DNA from: Ostrea edulis
Taxonomy: Eukaryota
Direction: 5' to 3'
Assembly: GCF_947568905.1 (NCBI RefSeq)
Contig: NC_079171.1
Location: 20,274,001 to 20,338,000, forward strand
DNA length: 64,000 nt
Position numbers and translations under genes: made by a program. The notes under the pieces were generated by a model. That model made no database searches and had not been told where the DNA came from. It worked only from the letters and a program-made list of their open reading frames with translations. Positions 25,657-37,800 of this stretch are shown here, in pieces; position 1 is the stretch's first letter, and the number at the start of each line of letters is the position of its first letter.

Positions 25657-27458
25657 ATTTGTATACTTTTTCCGAGGGTTTAATAAATCTGGTTAAAAAC
25701 TAGAACGCTATATATACAGGCTATAGCAGGGTTTTAAATCAATCTATTCCTGAAATGCAAACAAAAAGTAGAATGTCAATTCTGTTGTCTCTCCTTCTCT
25801 TGGACGTGCATGGAGGACAGGCGTAAAACGACTAAGGTAAGATAATGGTATTTTGCATATCGATTGTCCAAGTTGACCGAAATAATCTGCAGAAGTTTGC
25901 TAGGCGGATCTAAGCGCCCAGTTACTCTTTGGAAATTTTGATTGCAGGGGGATATAGAGAAATGATATAAATTTCAATCAAAGAAACAACAAATTACCAC
26001 GGCAAAAAAGAAAGAAGAGCAGCTTATCTTATAGGTGTCGCTGTTCTTGTTTGTTTAAAGCTGGTCCCGGAGATAATGGTGTATAGTACATCTGTATAGG
26101 TCTTATCTAGGAATCTAATTTTGATTCCTTGTATTTACATCTTATTTGATTTAGGCATTCTAAAATTCTGCAAAGTGTAAATTTATTATATCACCATAAA
26201 ATAAATCGAATAAGACTACAGATTTACACTGTTTATCTATCAAGGTGTACATTGTATAGGTTTTGGGAAATTTTGTATTTCATTCTTTCATGCACTTGTT
26301 AAACTCCAGCGGTTTTATTTGCTTATCAATTTTTCCTTTATTCAGCAAATTTCTGTTTACTTTAAAACAACAAAGCTGGGCTTAAGACGTCTTGCCGGTA
26401 TTCCTACTAACGTTACTGTTCTCCTCACCACGTGGTTTATCTTGACCCATTCAAAGGTTATAAAGGTTAAAAGAGCATTTAACTCCTGGGCCAGTTTATG
26501 CTTACAATACTTACAAATATTGTAAACAAAATCTGAAAAGTTAAGGGGGAAGGACATTAGCAGTCCTTGAGCACGCTCTCTGTCGACATCACGTGATCAT
26601 CAATGAATAACTCAATTCATTGCTAAATCTCTTGGCTCTCCCGACATTCCGGTCCGCTGTGTAAGAAGACTGATCGTTCCTTTGACGGAACCCAAACTGT
26701 GCAAACCTTGTCATTCAAATCCGTTGAAACTCTAAGAGCATTAAAACTTTATAAATGCATTTTAAAATATTGATATACCGGGGGTATATATATTTAATAT
26801 ATCCCTGCTACACATCTTAAATATTGATAGTTCAATTCGTATTTATGAATTAAAATTTATTTGGTACATATATGAAAGGAAAGAAGATTTCTATGAAATT
26901 AATGACACGGACATAAACATACGAGCAACCTTAGTTCTTATTGTCAAGACTTTTGAAACATATATATATATCTATAAGTTGGATGACATGTAGATATTTC
27001 TCATTCGGGATTGCTTTTGAGTCATCACCGACCCTATTTGCAACAGCAGCAAGTAATTAGAATCTTATCCTTATTATAAAATATTTGATAAGTTTCAAAT
27101 CATAAATCCAGAATTACCTTGACCTTTGAAAGGTAAAGGTGAAGGTCGATAAATCCGAAATGATCTTCAACTTTGAGATACGACTTCAAAAGCTAATGAA
27201 GCAAGGGATGTGTTCGATAACACCACGTGTAGAAAAATGACATGTGTTTTTATAGGTGTGTGTGGGAACTTGGACAGATAGCTATATAGAAAGTATTGAC
27301 ATATAATTCCCCAAAAGAGTGGGAAACATTGAAATAGATAAATATTTATAAAAAAAAAAATCACCTTCTCTGGTGGAGGTATAATAAATTCTTGATTAAT
27401 ATTATATACCCTGATAAACAAATTAAAGGTAATACTGATGCATTCGTTCATTTCAGAC

Positions 27459-29615
27459 ATGGATCTCCGTACTAGTTTAATTCTCATCACACTGACAGCT
27501 TCCGGTTATTGTGATGACGGTGAGTCAGTTGTCATAGAAACTCCATCTGGTCCAGTCAGAGGTTACCAAGACCTTGTAAGTAATGGTCTGTCTGTCTATC
27601 GATTCATCAAAATTCCGTTTGCAGCGCCCCCTTTAGGCGATCTCCGATTTCGTAAGCCCGAGCCAATTGGTAAATGGACGGAGATCCAGGGGATTGCCGA
27701 CAGCCGAGGACCGGCATGCATGCAACAAGACATTGGACTGGATTTAGAAAACAGGCCAGAATATTCCGAAGATTGTCTCCAACTGAATGTGTATGTCCCG
27801 GGCGAGGTGGCACGTGACCGGAGTTTATCTGTTATGGTGTGGATTCATGGGGGCGGGTTTGTTATAGGCTCTGGGGGTGAGACAGATGCCCGAAGACTAG
27901 CAGCACATGGTGACGTCATAGTGGTAGCAATCAATTACAGACTTGGGCTATTTGGCTTTTTGAATTTACATGACCCTATCGCTAAGGGTAACTATGGACT
28001 CTGGGATCAAGCGATGGCTCTGCGCTGGGTACACGACAATATCGCAGCGTTTGGTGGAAATCCCGATTCAGTAACTATTTTTGGTGAATCTGCAGGCGGA
28101 ATGAGTGTCCATTTTCAGACTTTGTTACCAGCCAACAGGGGAATGTTTCAAAGAGCAATCTCCATGAGTGGTGTAGTAAATAGGCAGGTCATTACAAACG
28201 ACAACGACATAGATAAAGTCAACCAGAGGGTTTCCGAAAAGACGGGATGTGGCATGCACAACAAAGCAGAGTTCCTTGCTTGTCTACAAAAACTTGAGGC
28301 TAAAGATATTTTAGATGCTTTGAATATTTATGATTTCATGAAAACAGATAACTTTACAGTAGAAATGCTGTTGGGACCTACCAAAGATGATGAATTAATC
28401 AAAAGCATGTTGTACGAGACGATGCATGACGCGGATTCTGCGGAGAGCAAGTTCTTCAGATCTCTGGATTTTATGTCGGGAACTACCAGTGCGGAAGGAT
28501 CGTTGTTGTATTTCACATTACTGCCGCCATTCCAAGAGGCTTTTAATTTTTCTGTTGAGGATAAGATTCCCAAGCACGTTCTCTGTGACGTAATAATTCC
28601 CGGACTTATTGATGAGTTGTATGGCAACAAACCGGAAATGAGCAAAAAACTGTGCGAGTTTTACACCTCAGACAAAGGCGACGACGACCAAAGTAATCGA
28701 GCTACCGACTTCTACGGAGATACTGTGATGGTTGCCACCGCAACCAGCGCTCTGATTGCGCATGCCAGAAATAATGCAGATCGGAAAACCTACAATTATG
28801 TTTTGTCTGCTGCAAGCCCACTTCCTTTTGGACCTCCTCCCCCACCGTGGTTCAGGGGAGCGGGTCACGCAGACGACCTCTATCATCTGTTCGATATGCC
28901 CAGCCTACCGGTATACAATCACACGGAAGAACGCCACGACGAACTCAGTATGAAAATCATCCGCTACCTGACAAACTTCGCCAAAACTGGGCAAGTATAA
29001 CATAGTATATTACAACCCAAGGTTGCACAGTCCTCGATATTTGAGATCATTGAAGGCAGGAAAAAAACATTTTATGTTCAAATTTCGCCATTTTCCGAAC
29101 TACCACTCCCATAATTCGGATGTGCATCTCAATTTCATTAATGGTAGAACACTTGCATATAAGATTCTTATCGTATATATTAGATTTGCATGAAATGGAT
29201 ATAGGAAGTGTACAGGTAATCACAAGGTCATCAACATGAAGTCTCTCAAACAATTTATAATTGCTAGCAAACAATTAAACGGAGTTGAGGGGAGTTTATT
29301 TGAAAACTATCTTAGTTGTGCACTAATAAAGTCAAATCAAAGAAATATTAAAGATGATTTAGCGCCGCCTTTAAAATGGCAGTGGTTTTTAATGTTACAC
29401 ATGAGTTACTGAGATCATGGAGTTCTCGCGGTTTTTTTTCCAGAGATCCAAACTCGGAAGCGGTACCAGTCACATGGCCTACCTATGACGTCAGAAAGCG
29501 TGAATACCTTGATTTTGATTATGAAATATCTGTTAAAAAAGACTTTAATGTAGGCGCAACGAGAATACTGCAACCGGATCTCCGAGAACTCGACAACACA
29601 AAGGACGAGCTCTGA
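27459..29615 (+). CDS. Type-B carboxylesterase (cholinesterase-like fold), ER-retained, 567 aa
   Basis: Exons 27459-28990 and 29444-29615 (1704 nt) joined by a GC-AG intron (ACTGG|GCAAGT ... TTTCCAG|AGATCC) giving NFAKTG-DPN. Signal peptide, SEDCL, HGGG oxyanion motif, GESAG nucleophile, SAEG Glu, GHADDL His, C-terminal KDEL. Confidence 0.95.
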
Positions 29616-29775
29616 TCTCTAGATCAACATAGAACAAAATTTTACATTTAATATTTGTTTCATCTAGATTAATGTACACGTACCCTATGCATGTATACCA
29701 TTATCTATTAAATTTTGTGGAATGGATGTTGAAGAAGTTTATTTTGTTGTCAAAATTTAATTGTAACATAACAAA

Positions 29776-32700
29776 TTACGGAGAAGTTGTTGTAGATCTA
29801 CATTTACAAATAGGGCAGCCCTGGGGATTAAATGCCACGCCCACGTCGCATGGATATGTACACCGAATCGGAGGACAAGTTATTCCAGCGGAAGTTGTGG
29901 TAGTTGGCGGCGTGGTGGTGGTTGCTGGTCGTGGTGTGGTGGGTGGAGGCGTTGTTTTTGTGGTGGAGGGTTGTGTCGGGGCAGGGGTCAGCTTTCCACT
30001 TTGGTTTCCACTGGTAGGAACTGGCGTTGCTAAATGTCAAACATGACGAATTTGATATGAATGAAAAATATGAAGATAACAAAGTGACCAAGGTCTTAAC
30101 TCCTATAAAGAATATAAAATGGAGAACAGGACAGACAGATATAGCAATGCTTAATGAACACGTTTCCTGTACTTTGTATTCATTCAACGACACGTTAAGT
30201 ACAGGGATGTGACAAGTTCAGTGACGTATGAACTGACGCTGATCAAATAAAGAAAAAGTCAGATGCACAGATTGCCAGAACAAAAACTCTAAAATTACCA
30301 TTACCTTAATCAACTCATATAAGCTAAAATTGCTTACTTGCACATGAACAGGTCATGCAGCCTTGAGTATTCATGACAACACAATTTGGATTACATTTGC
30401 TAAAATCGAATGAGGGGCACCCGCCTGCTCCCGGAACTGACGTCGCAGATGGTGTGGTGGATCCATGGGCAGCAGTAGCAGTTGCTTGTGATAGTAATGA
30501 ATATCTAATTAGAGTTGTTTTGAAATTATCTCAAATGATAAAATTTCTATGAATTATGAAATTCTCCAGTAATTCAATGTATCGAAAAATGGTACACTAC
30601 CAGCACAGGAACATGTTAGACATCCCTGAGCATTCATGACGACACAATTTGGATCACATGTGCTGAAGTCAAAAGAAGGACATCCACCGGCACCTGGGAT
30701 GACGTTTGTTCCTGGCAGTGGAGTAGTCTGTCTAGACGGCGCTTTTGTTGTAGCTGTTATAGAAAGGAGTTCTTGTACCTTACGTGCCTATAACTTATTT
30801 ACAATCTTTATAAATCCTTAATATGCATTAGGACAATCGCTACATCTGTGTCTTACATTTGCATTGACATGACATGCAGCCCTGTCCATCCATGACGACA
30901 CAGCTGGGGTCACATGTACTAAAATCAAAAGACGGACATCCCCCTGCTCCTGGAATACTAGTCGCGCCTCCTGCCGTCGTTTTCTGTCCTCCAGAGGGCG
31001 AAATTGTAGTTGCTGCAGGAAGATTTATATTAGAAAAACTACAGGATGTAAGAGAGCTAAATGTCAAGTTTCGGGGTAGTATTACAGCGAATTCTAACAT
31101 GAATGACGTAAGGAAATTGGTCTGGAGTAAAAGTCTACTAGTGTCATGCAACCATCTGGTATCATGGCGAATGTTGTCAACTTATTCTTACATTTGCATT
31201 GGCATGACATGCAGCCCTGTCCATCCATGACGACACAGCTGGGGTCACATGTACTAAAATCAAAAGACGGACATCCCCCTGCTCCTGGGACACTCGTCAC
31301 TCTCCCTGCCGTTGTTGTCTGGCCACCATTAGGTGCGGTAGTAGTTGCTATTTCATGGAAGATGGTGTGTTGTCAAAAATACATAAGAATTAATGCAAAG
31401 GGAAATATTTAATGATTTGATATATTCTTGATTAATTGTGCATTGTTTTCTTGATTAATTGTGCATTGATCGCCAACCAAATTTTACAGTAAACTTTTAC
31501 AGTCACAGTAAAAATATATCACAATTCACAAAAATCCTAATGCAGACTATTGTCTATAAATCTATTTTTACATTTGCATGGCATGCAACCTTATCCGACA
31601 CAGCTGTGACATGTGCTGAAATCAAAAGTCGGACTCCACCCTGCTTCCAGACTTCAAATCACTGCCGCTGACGTAAATATGTTACCTGTGCTACCTGTTG
31701 GACCTAAGTTTGACATCAATTGATAATAAACTTCCCAAATATTCCCCATGCATAACTTCTATGAATAAAAACCTTTGCATTGGCACGAGAGACAGCCTTG
31801 GCCGTTCATGACAACACAGTTCGGGTCACAGGAACTAAAATCAAACGACGGACAACCCCCTGCGCCAGGAACACTGGTTACCGATCCTGATGAATTATTA
31901 GAATGACCACCAGAGGGCGCTGCAGTTGTTGCTGTTTGAAAAATATTATCAATGTAGTAACGGTACTGTATACTTATTTGAGTTATGTGATCTTTTCCAA
32001 CTTTGAAAATATATGTGGTTCAAACAGTATGTTACATCCGAATATTACGCACCAGCACAATGGCATGACATGCATCCTTGAGCGTCCATGACTACACAAT
32101 TAGGGTCACATGTACTGAAATCAAAAGCGGGACATCCACCGGCTCCAGGGACACTAGTTACTGGTCCTGATGTGCTGTTCCCTCCAGATGGCGCTTGTGT
32201 AGTTCCTAGAAAGCAACACAACTGAAAAGTTTAATAATTATTGCATTCTTTCAGATGTCTTTGAAAGACAGTCTGATCTTGATATATACACGGTAAAATA
32301 GCTCAAGTAAACTATAATTGTCAAACATCTACCTGCACAATGGCATGACATGCATCCTTGAGCGTCCATGACGACACAATTAGGATCACATGTACTGAAA
32401 TCAAAGGCGGGACATCCACCGGCTCCAGGGACACTCGTCACCGATCCTGATGTATTGGACTGTCCTCCAGATGGCGCTATAGGCACTAACATACACAACA
32501 TACAGTATATTGAATATTATTTAAATTATAGTATCCGAGAAAAATATGTCGACTGTTATTCTCTTATCTAATTATCTAATACTAATCTTTGCATACTACG
32601 ATTTAGGGCCAACACACCGTCTCAAAACGTGTAATGGAAAGTACGGGCCCAAACCTGTGGTGTGTAACGCTATGTTTTGTTAAGTTGTCTCTATAACACC

Positions 32701-34821
32701 GTATGGGTGATTTTGTTGGAAACATCAAAACAGACAACCTGCACAGATACAGGATAAGCAACCCTTCTCATTCATGGTGACACACTTCTGATCGCATGTA
32801 CTAAAGTCAAAAGAAGGACAACCACCTGCACCCGGGACACTGGTTACCGTCCCTGGCGTGTTACTGGAATTTCCCCCAGATGGCGTATGCGTTGTTCCTG
32901 TAAAACAAAGTCGTTAAGGTCCATCAACAAGTTGACATGTCGACAGTTTTGCTAGATTATTCTCTAATTCCAAGAAGTAAGTTACAAGTACGAGGAATAT
33001 ATGTCACTTTTACCGGCGCAATGACAAGACATACACCCTTCTCCGTTCATGACGACACAGTTGGGGTCACATGTACTAAAATCAAATGGAGGACACCCCC
33101 CGGCTCCCGGAACATTGGTTCCCGGCCCTGGAGTTGTGGGTTGACCAGTTGGTGCCACTGGAATTGCTAGAAGAGAGTATCCTTATTACAAATGATCATT
33201 GCAACTCATGTGCTTAATTACAGGACATACTAAAACACACAACTTGTCCAAGTGCTTAATTACAACACAACTTGTCGGTGTGTTTAATTACAGGATATAC
33301 TAAAAAACAAAAGTTGTCGATGTACTTACCTGGACATGAGCAGCTCATACATCCACGGTCATTCATCGAAACACATGCAGGATCACATTTACTAAAGTCA
33401 AACGAAGGGCATCCTCCTGCGCCCGGAACTCCTCCGCTGTTCGGGTTAGATGGCGTTGTGGAAAGGCTCACTATGATTGGTCAGAAGAAATGTTGCAAAC
33501 ACACTTTTTGAAATGCGGTTCCGTTGTGTTGAAAATTGGAAGTATATTTCTGTTTTATGAGTTTGAGTTTACTTCAATTGGTGAGGAATTGTGAAGCTTT
33601 TATTTTGGTGACCGAAAGACCTGTCTTTGAGGTACTAGTAACTTACAGTGTTGTGAGCAGTCACAAATGGGACATCCATGTCTGTCGGTCATTTTACACA
33701 CATCATCACAGTCGTCTGCTTTATAGGGAGGGCACGTGGCGCCATATCCACCGATACCTTTACAAGTATTTCATAAAACGATTAACTAAAGGCCGGCAAA
33801 AATTTAAAAGATATTTGTTATCAAATTAAAAAATTTCTGCAAATCGAAGATCTCAAAAGAATTCAGCTTTGTTAAAGCGCAGCTTAAAGTCGCCGATAAT
33901 TATAACAGTCACAAAGTCAAATTACACGTGTACATTTACACTATACGCGTGCTGAAGTCGGAATGCTTGAACGATAAACTTTACGAGAAAGTTGAAAAAC
34001 AAAAAATACACTGTTCATTGAAATGATATACTCTGATAAAAACAATGCAACGAAAGTAGTTCTTAGCAATGTTATTTATCCAATCATTTCGATACGAATT
34101 CAATATTTTGCGTTACTCTGTTAATAGCAAATACACAATTACAACTGATTTTAGTATAAGTATGCAACAAAAACGATTATCTCAAAATTCTGTACTATCT
34201 AATGTAAGAATGAAGTTACGGTGTCTCGTTGCATCTCTCAGAGATATCATTCAAACTTTTATTGTTTAGCAGAGTGTTAAATCGTATTGGTTTACATGTA
34301 TACTCATGTTGAATGGCACATATTGTTACTGATAAAACACAACTATGTACCTGTATCGGTGAATCTTAACTGGTGGGTTGATGGCAATTATGCAATGGAA
34401 CGTACGGAAACTATTGTGCTCTGGCGCGATGAAATTGACGATACTAGTACCACATACGTTTATAACTAAATGAAACCAAATGGCTCTATCCGGATTTCAT
34501 AATTACCTGTATTAGCTGAATTGGCTGCGCATGAGCAGACAACACATCCGCTGGCGTCGATATTGAGACAGCTGATTTGGCAGTTCTTTGCTATGGAGGG
34601 ACACCCACCAGCTATTTTGTCAAAAGCAAGGAAATAGTAAGATGGAGAAAACTTCTGACTGGGATATCGAAGAGCAAAAATAACAACAACCAGGACACCC
34701 AATATAATAATACAACCTGATAATAATAAAGACACGAGGGACGAGTCTTCACGTTCTTTTTTCAGATCTGCACGAATTTGGATTCTTTTCGCGGATAATT
34801 ATTTACTAGAATAGTTTGGTG

Positions 34822-34868
<47 letters not shown>

Positions 34869-37800
34869 TGGTATGGTAAATTATTGAAAGTTTCAATCCA
34901 TAATACAAGTAATTTTCTCTGGTGTGTTATCTAAGCTTCACATAAACAAGAATTACAACAACAAAAATGCATCATATTCTAATGTCTTGACATGCAAAAT
35001 AACGATTCCAGTAGATATGACAAGAATCCACCTATTAAAAGATTTGTACTTACCGTTGCTGCTTGATACAGATCCGGACTGTGATGAAGACGAGGAAGTG
35101 GAACCTAGTATCCACAGTAAAACAGACAACATTTATTTATACAGTATACTACATGTAGCAGCTGTTTTGTGAAAACATAGTACAAACTAACAAACGTTTG
35201 ATAACTATTTTGTTTCTACTTTTTAGAAAGGTAGCAGGGGACAGTTTCGCACTATGCACTATAAGCCCAGTCAAAATGAAAATATCTCATATTTGAAGTG
35301 ATATTACATATGTAAAAATGTATACAATAATTTTAGGATGTATATCAAATGTAGCTGAGTGCTTGATAAAAAGGTTGATATACAACATGTAGGTGTCACC
35401 ATGATTCCTAGCATATAGATGGGTGCAAATACGAAACTAAGACACGTGGTCAGTTGCTGAAGAAGTTCCGTTGTAAACATATGCATGGTCCAGCAAAAGG
35501 TCTGTAGCTGAGAGGGAAGGTGGATGGTCCCATATGAAAAGTAGATTTTTAAGAAGGGCAGATAGGGGTTCTTGATTGTGCACAGTGTCTAAATCCCCAC
35601 GCTTGGTACTGTGATGGTGTGGGGGTGGTGCGGATTAGCCCAAATGAGAGAAAATCAAACCAAAAAAGGGGCGCCTGCTGAGAGCATGTTTTGTGCACCA
35701 ACACCAGTATTTATAGATTACATGTAATTTAGGGTCATAATTTATTAACTACACCAATATGAAATACAAGTATTGACATTTACAGGAAATATGATTTTTC
35801 ATTATTCTGTCATAATCTGACTTTGATGTATACCCCCTATACACATGTTTCAGAACAAAGAAACTGTCCCCTGCCATCAAAACTTATTTCCAATATTTTG
35901 TAGTGCAGATAGCAATGCGTATTTATTTCGTTGTCTTTTTAACTAGAGTGACTTCATGATCGCTGTGATTGTCATGAACAATACGTAAGATCGTAAATAC
36001 TGAGTTAGCGGAACTCTCTTGTAAAGAAGTCCGGAAAAGCGTGTCGATCTTGGGCATTTTTTGTTTATTCAAAACATGGGATCGGAAGGCGATTTAACAT
36101 CCATGTGCTTTCCGCAATTAAAAGCACTTTTAAAAGAAAGGTGTGTAAAAACGTCTGGATACAGGAAAAATGAACTCCTGAATTTAGCTCTCGAAGCTAT
36201 ATATTTTGACACTTGTAAGCTCTTCTCGGCTTTGGGAATTTCCTAGCTGACAGCAGTGGGAAAAAAATCCACCACATTTCCATTAAAATCTATCATTTGT
36301 GGATATTTCTGCGTATTATGTTTCTTTCTTGAATCATTTCTACAGTCTAATGTAATGCAGTGATAGTGCACCATTGTTAAAATCGGGTGAATCGATCACG
36401 ACAAAAGTTGCAGAACTGGTATTATTTACGAACATGCCCAAATTCTCGCATACTCTGGGTCTCGCGAGACTTTGAAAGGGGAAAGTAAAAATTAAAACCA
36501 AGACGGAAAAAGTAGTCGCGATCTTGCGTATGAAATACATCAGCCAATACTTATTTCATTCGGAAAATGATAGGAAATTGTGTGCCCAAAAGCACCTGTT
36601 TTAAGATAAACAACAAACCATCAAAATACATTGTCAAATTACATTTCTGCTCCTGTGACGTACAGCTGTCCAATTTAGTGAGGTATTGGTTCAGAGCACA
36701 TGCAATTATGTCGCTTGGGTTTGAATTTACCATTAAAGCCTAAAGATATAGAACTCTAAATATAGGGTACACGAGTTCGCCCATGAAAAAACCCAATAAA
36801 CCAAATGATATAAAATTCTACTCTGTATTCTAATATAATCAAACATAATCATGCAACACTTCTGTACCACTAAACGGAAGGGTTGAGCATTGCAACAAGC
36901 TATTACATAGAATGTGCAACATAAGATATCATTTCTAAGTTGAATTTCGTACCCCAATTCATAAACTGAAGTCCGTAATAGCTCGAAGTGACTGAAAATT
37001 GTAAAACCGTCCGCAATTTCACTTACCATACCATTTTGACCGGTGCTACTAATTACCTCCAAAAGGCTGAAAGGATCCATAACGATTTAGATTTATCAAT
37101 AATAATTCATTTATTGTACATAAATTATGCTAATAACAAGTCTTTATAAATATACACATATCTTATCATGTCCATTCTTATCCAAACCACATTAACACAG
37201 GTGTTTGACGATTTATGATGATGATGTTGATTTGGGTAGTTAGTGGCATCGGTCATAATGGCTGTGATAAGTGAAAGTGCAGACGGTTTTACAATTTTTA
37301 ATCACTTGGAGTTATTACAGACTTCAGTTTACGAATTGGGGTAACTTTAAAATGCTAATGTTGCGCATTCTATGCTAAGCACAAACATATAGTTGTATAG
37401 TGTCAGGGCCCAGTTAGAATTGAACTAAAAAATAATGGGCATTCTTCTGAATTCATTTCTGCATACCTTGGGAAGTATACGGAATTTCGGAATGAACTTT
37501 GATGGTAATGTAGATTGATTATGTGTGATTATAATAGAATACAGAGTAGAATTTTAATACCAAATACTTTATCATTTTTTTCATCGGCGAACCCTACAAT
37601 TCTATACCTTTATTCTTTAATTGTAAATTCGAACCCAAGCGACATAATTGCCAGTGATTCAGAGCAATTATGGTGATCCTGAAATGATTGTAAATGACGG
37701 GAAAAACTTTCTTGCCTGAATGACAGGAACAACGGACACACCCTTGTCTGTCAACGGAGGTACATTCAGAGGGGCAATTAGGATCCAAAGCAGGACATCC

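Noticed and set aside
26300-26760. GC-richer block with short ORFs upstream of the carboxylesterase
   Set aside because: No recognisable motif or splice-consistent frame; could be a retroelement 5' remnant, but unsupported.
27438-27458. ORF-track start MHSFISD for the carboxylesterase
   Set aside because: TTTCAG at 27451-27456 is a typical acceptor and the ATG at 27459 directly starts a signal peptide, so the upstream ATG is probably intronic.
29672-33511. Plus-strand ORFs with repeated MTTQLGSHVLKSK.GHPPAPG
   Set aside because: Antisense shadows of the gene A module exons; splice sites and Cys spacing support the minus strand.
35600-35715. Minus-strand TATAAATA followed by MLSAGAPFLV as a start for a separate downstream gene
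   Set aside because: Stop after 10 codons, ATG too close to the TATA box, and no phase-1 donor linking to 35104.
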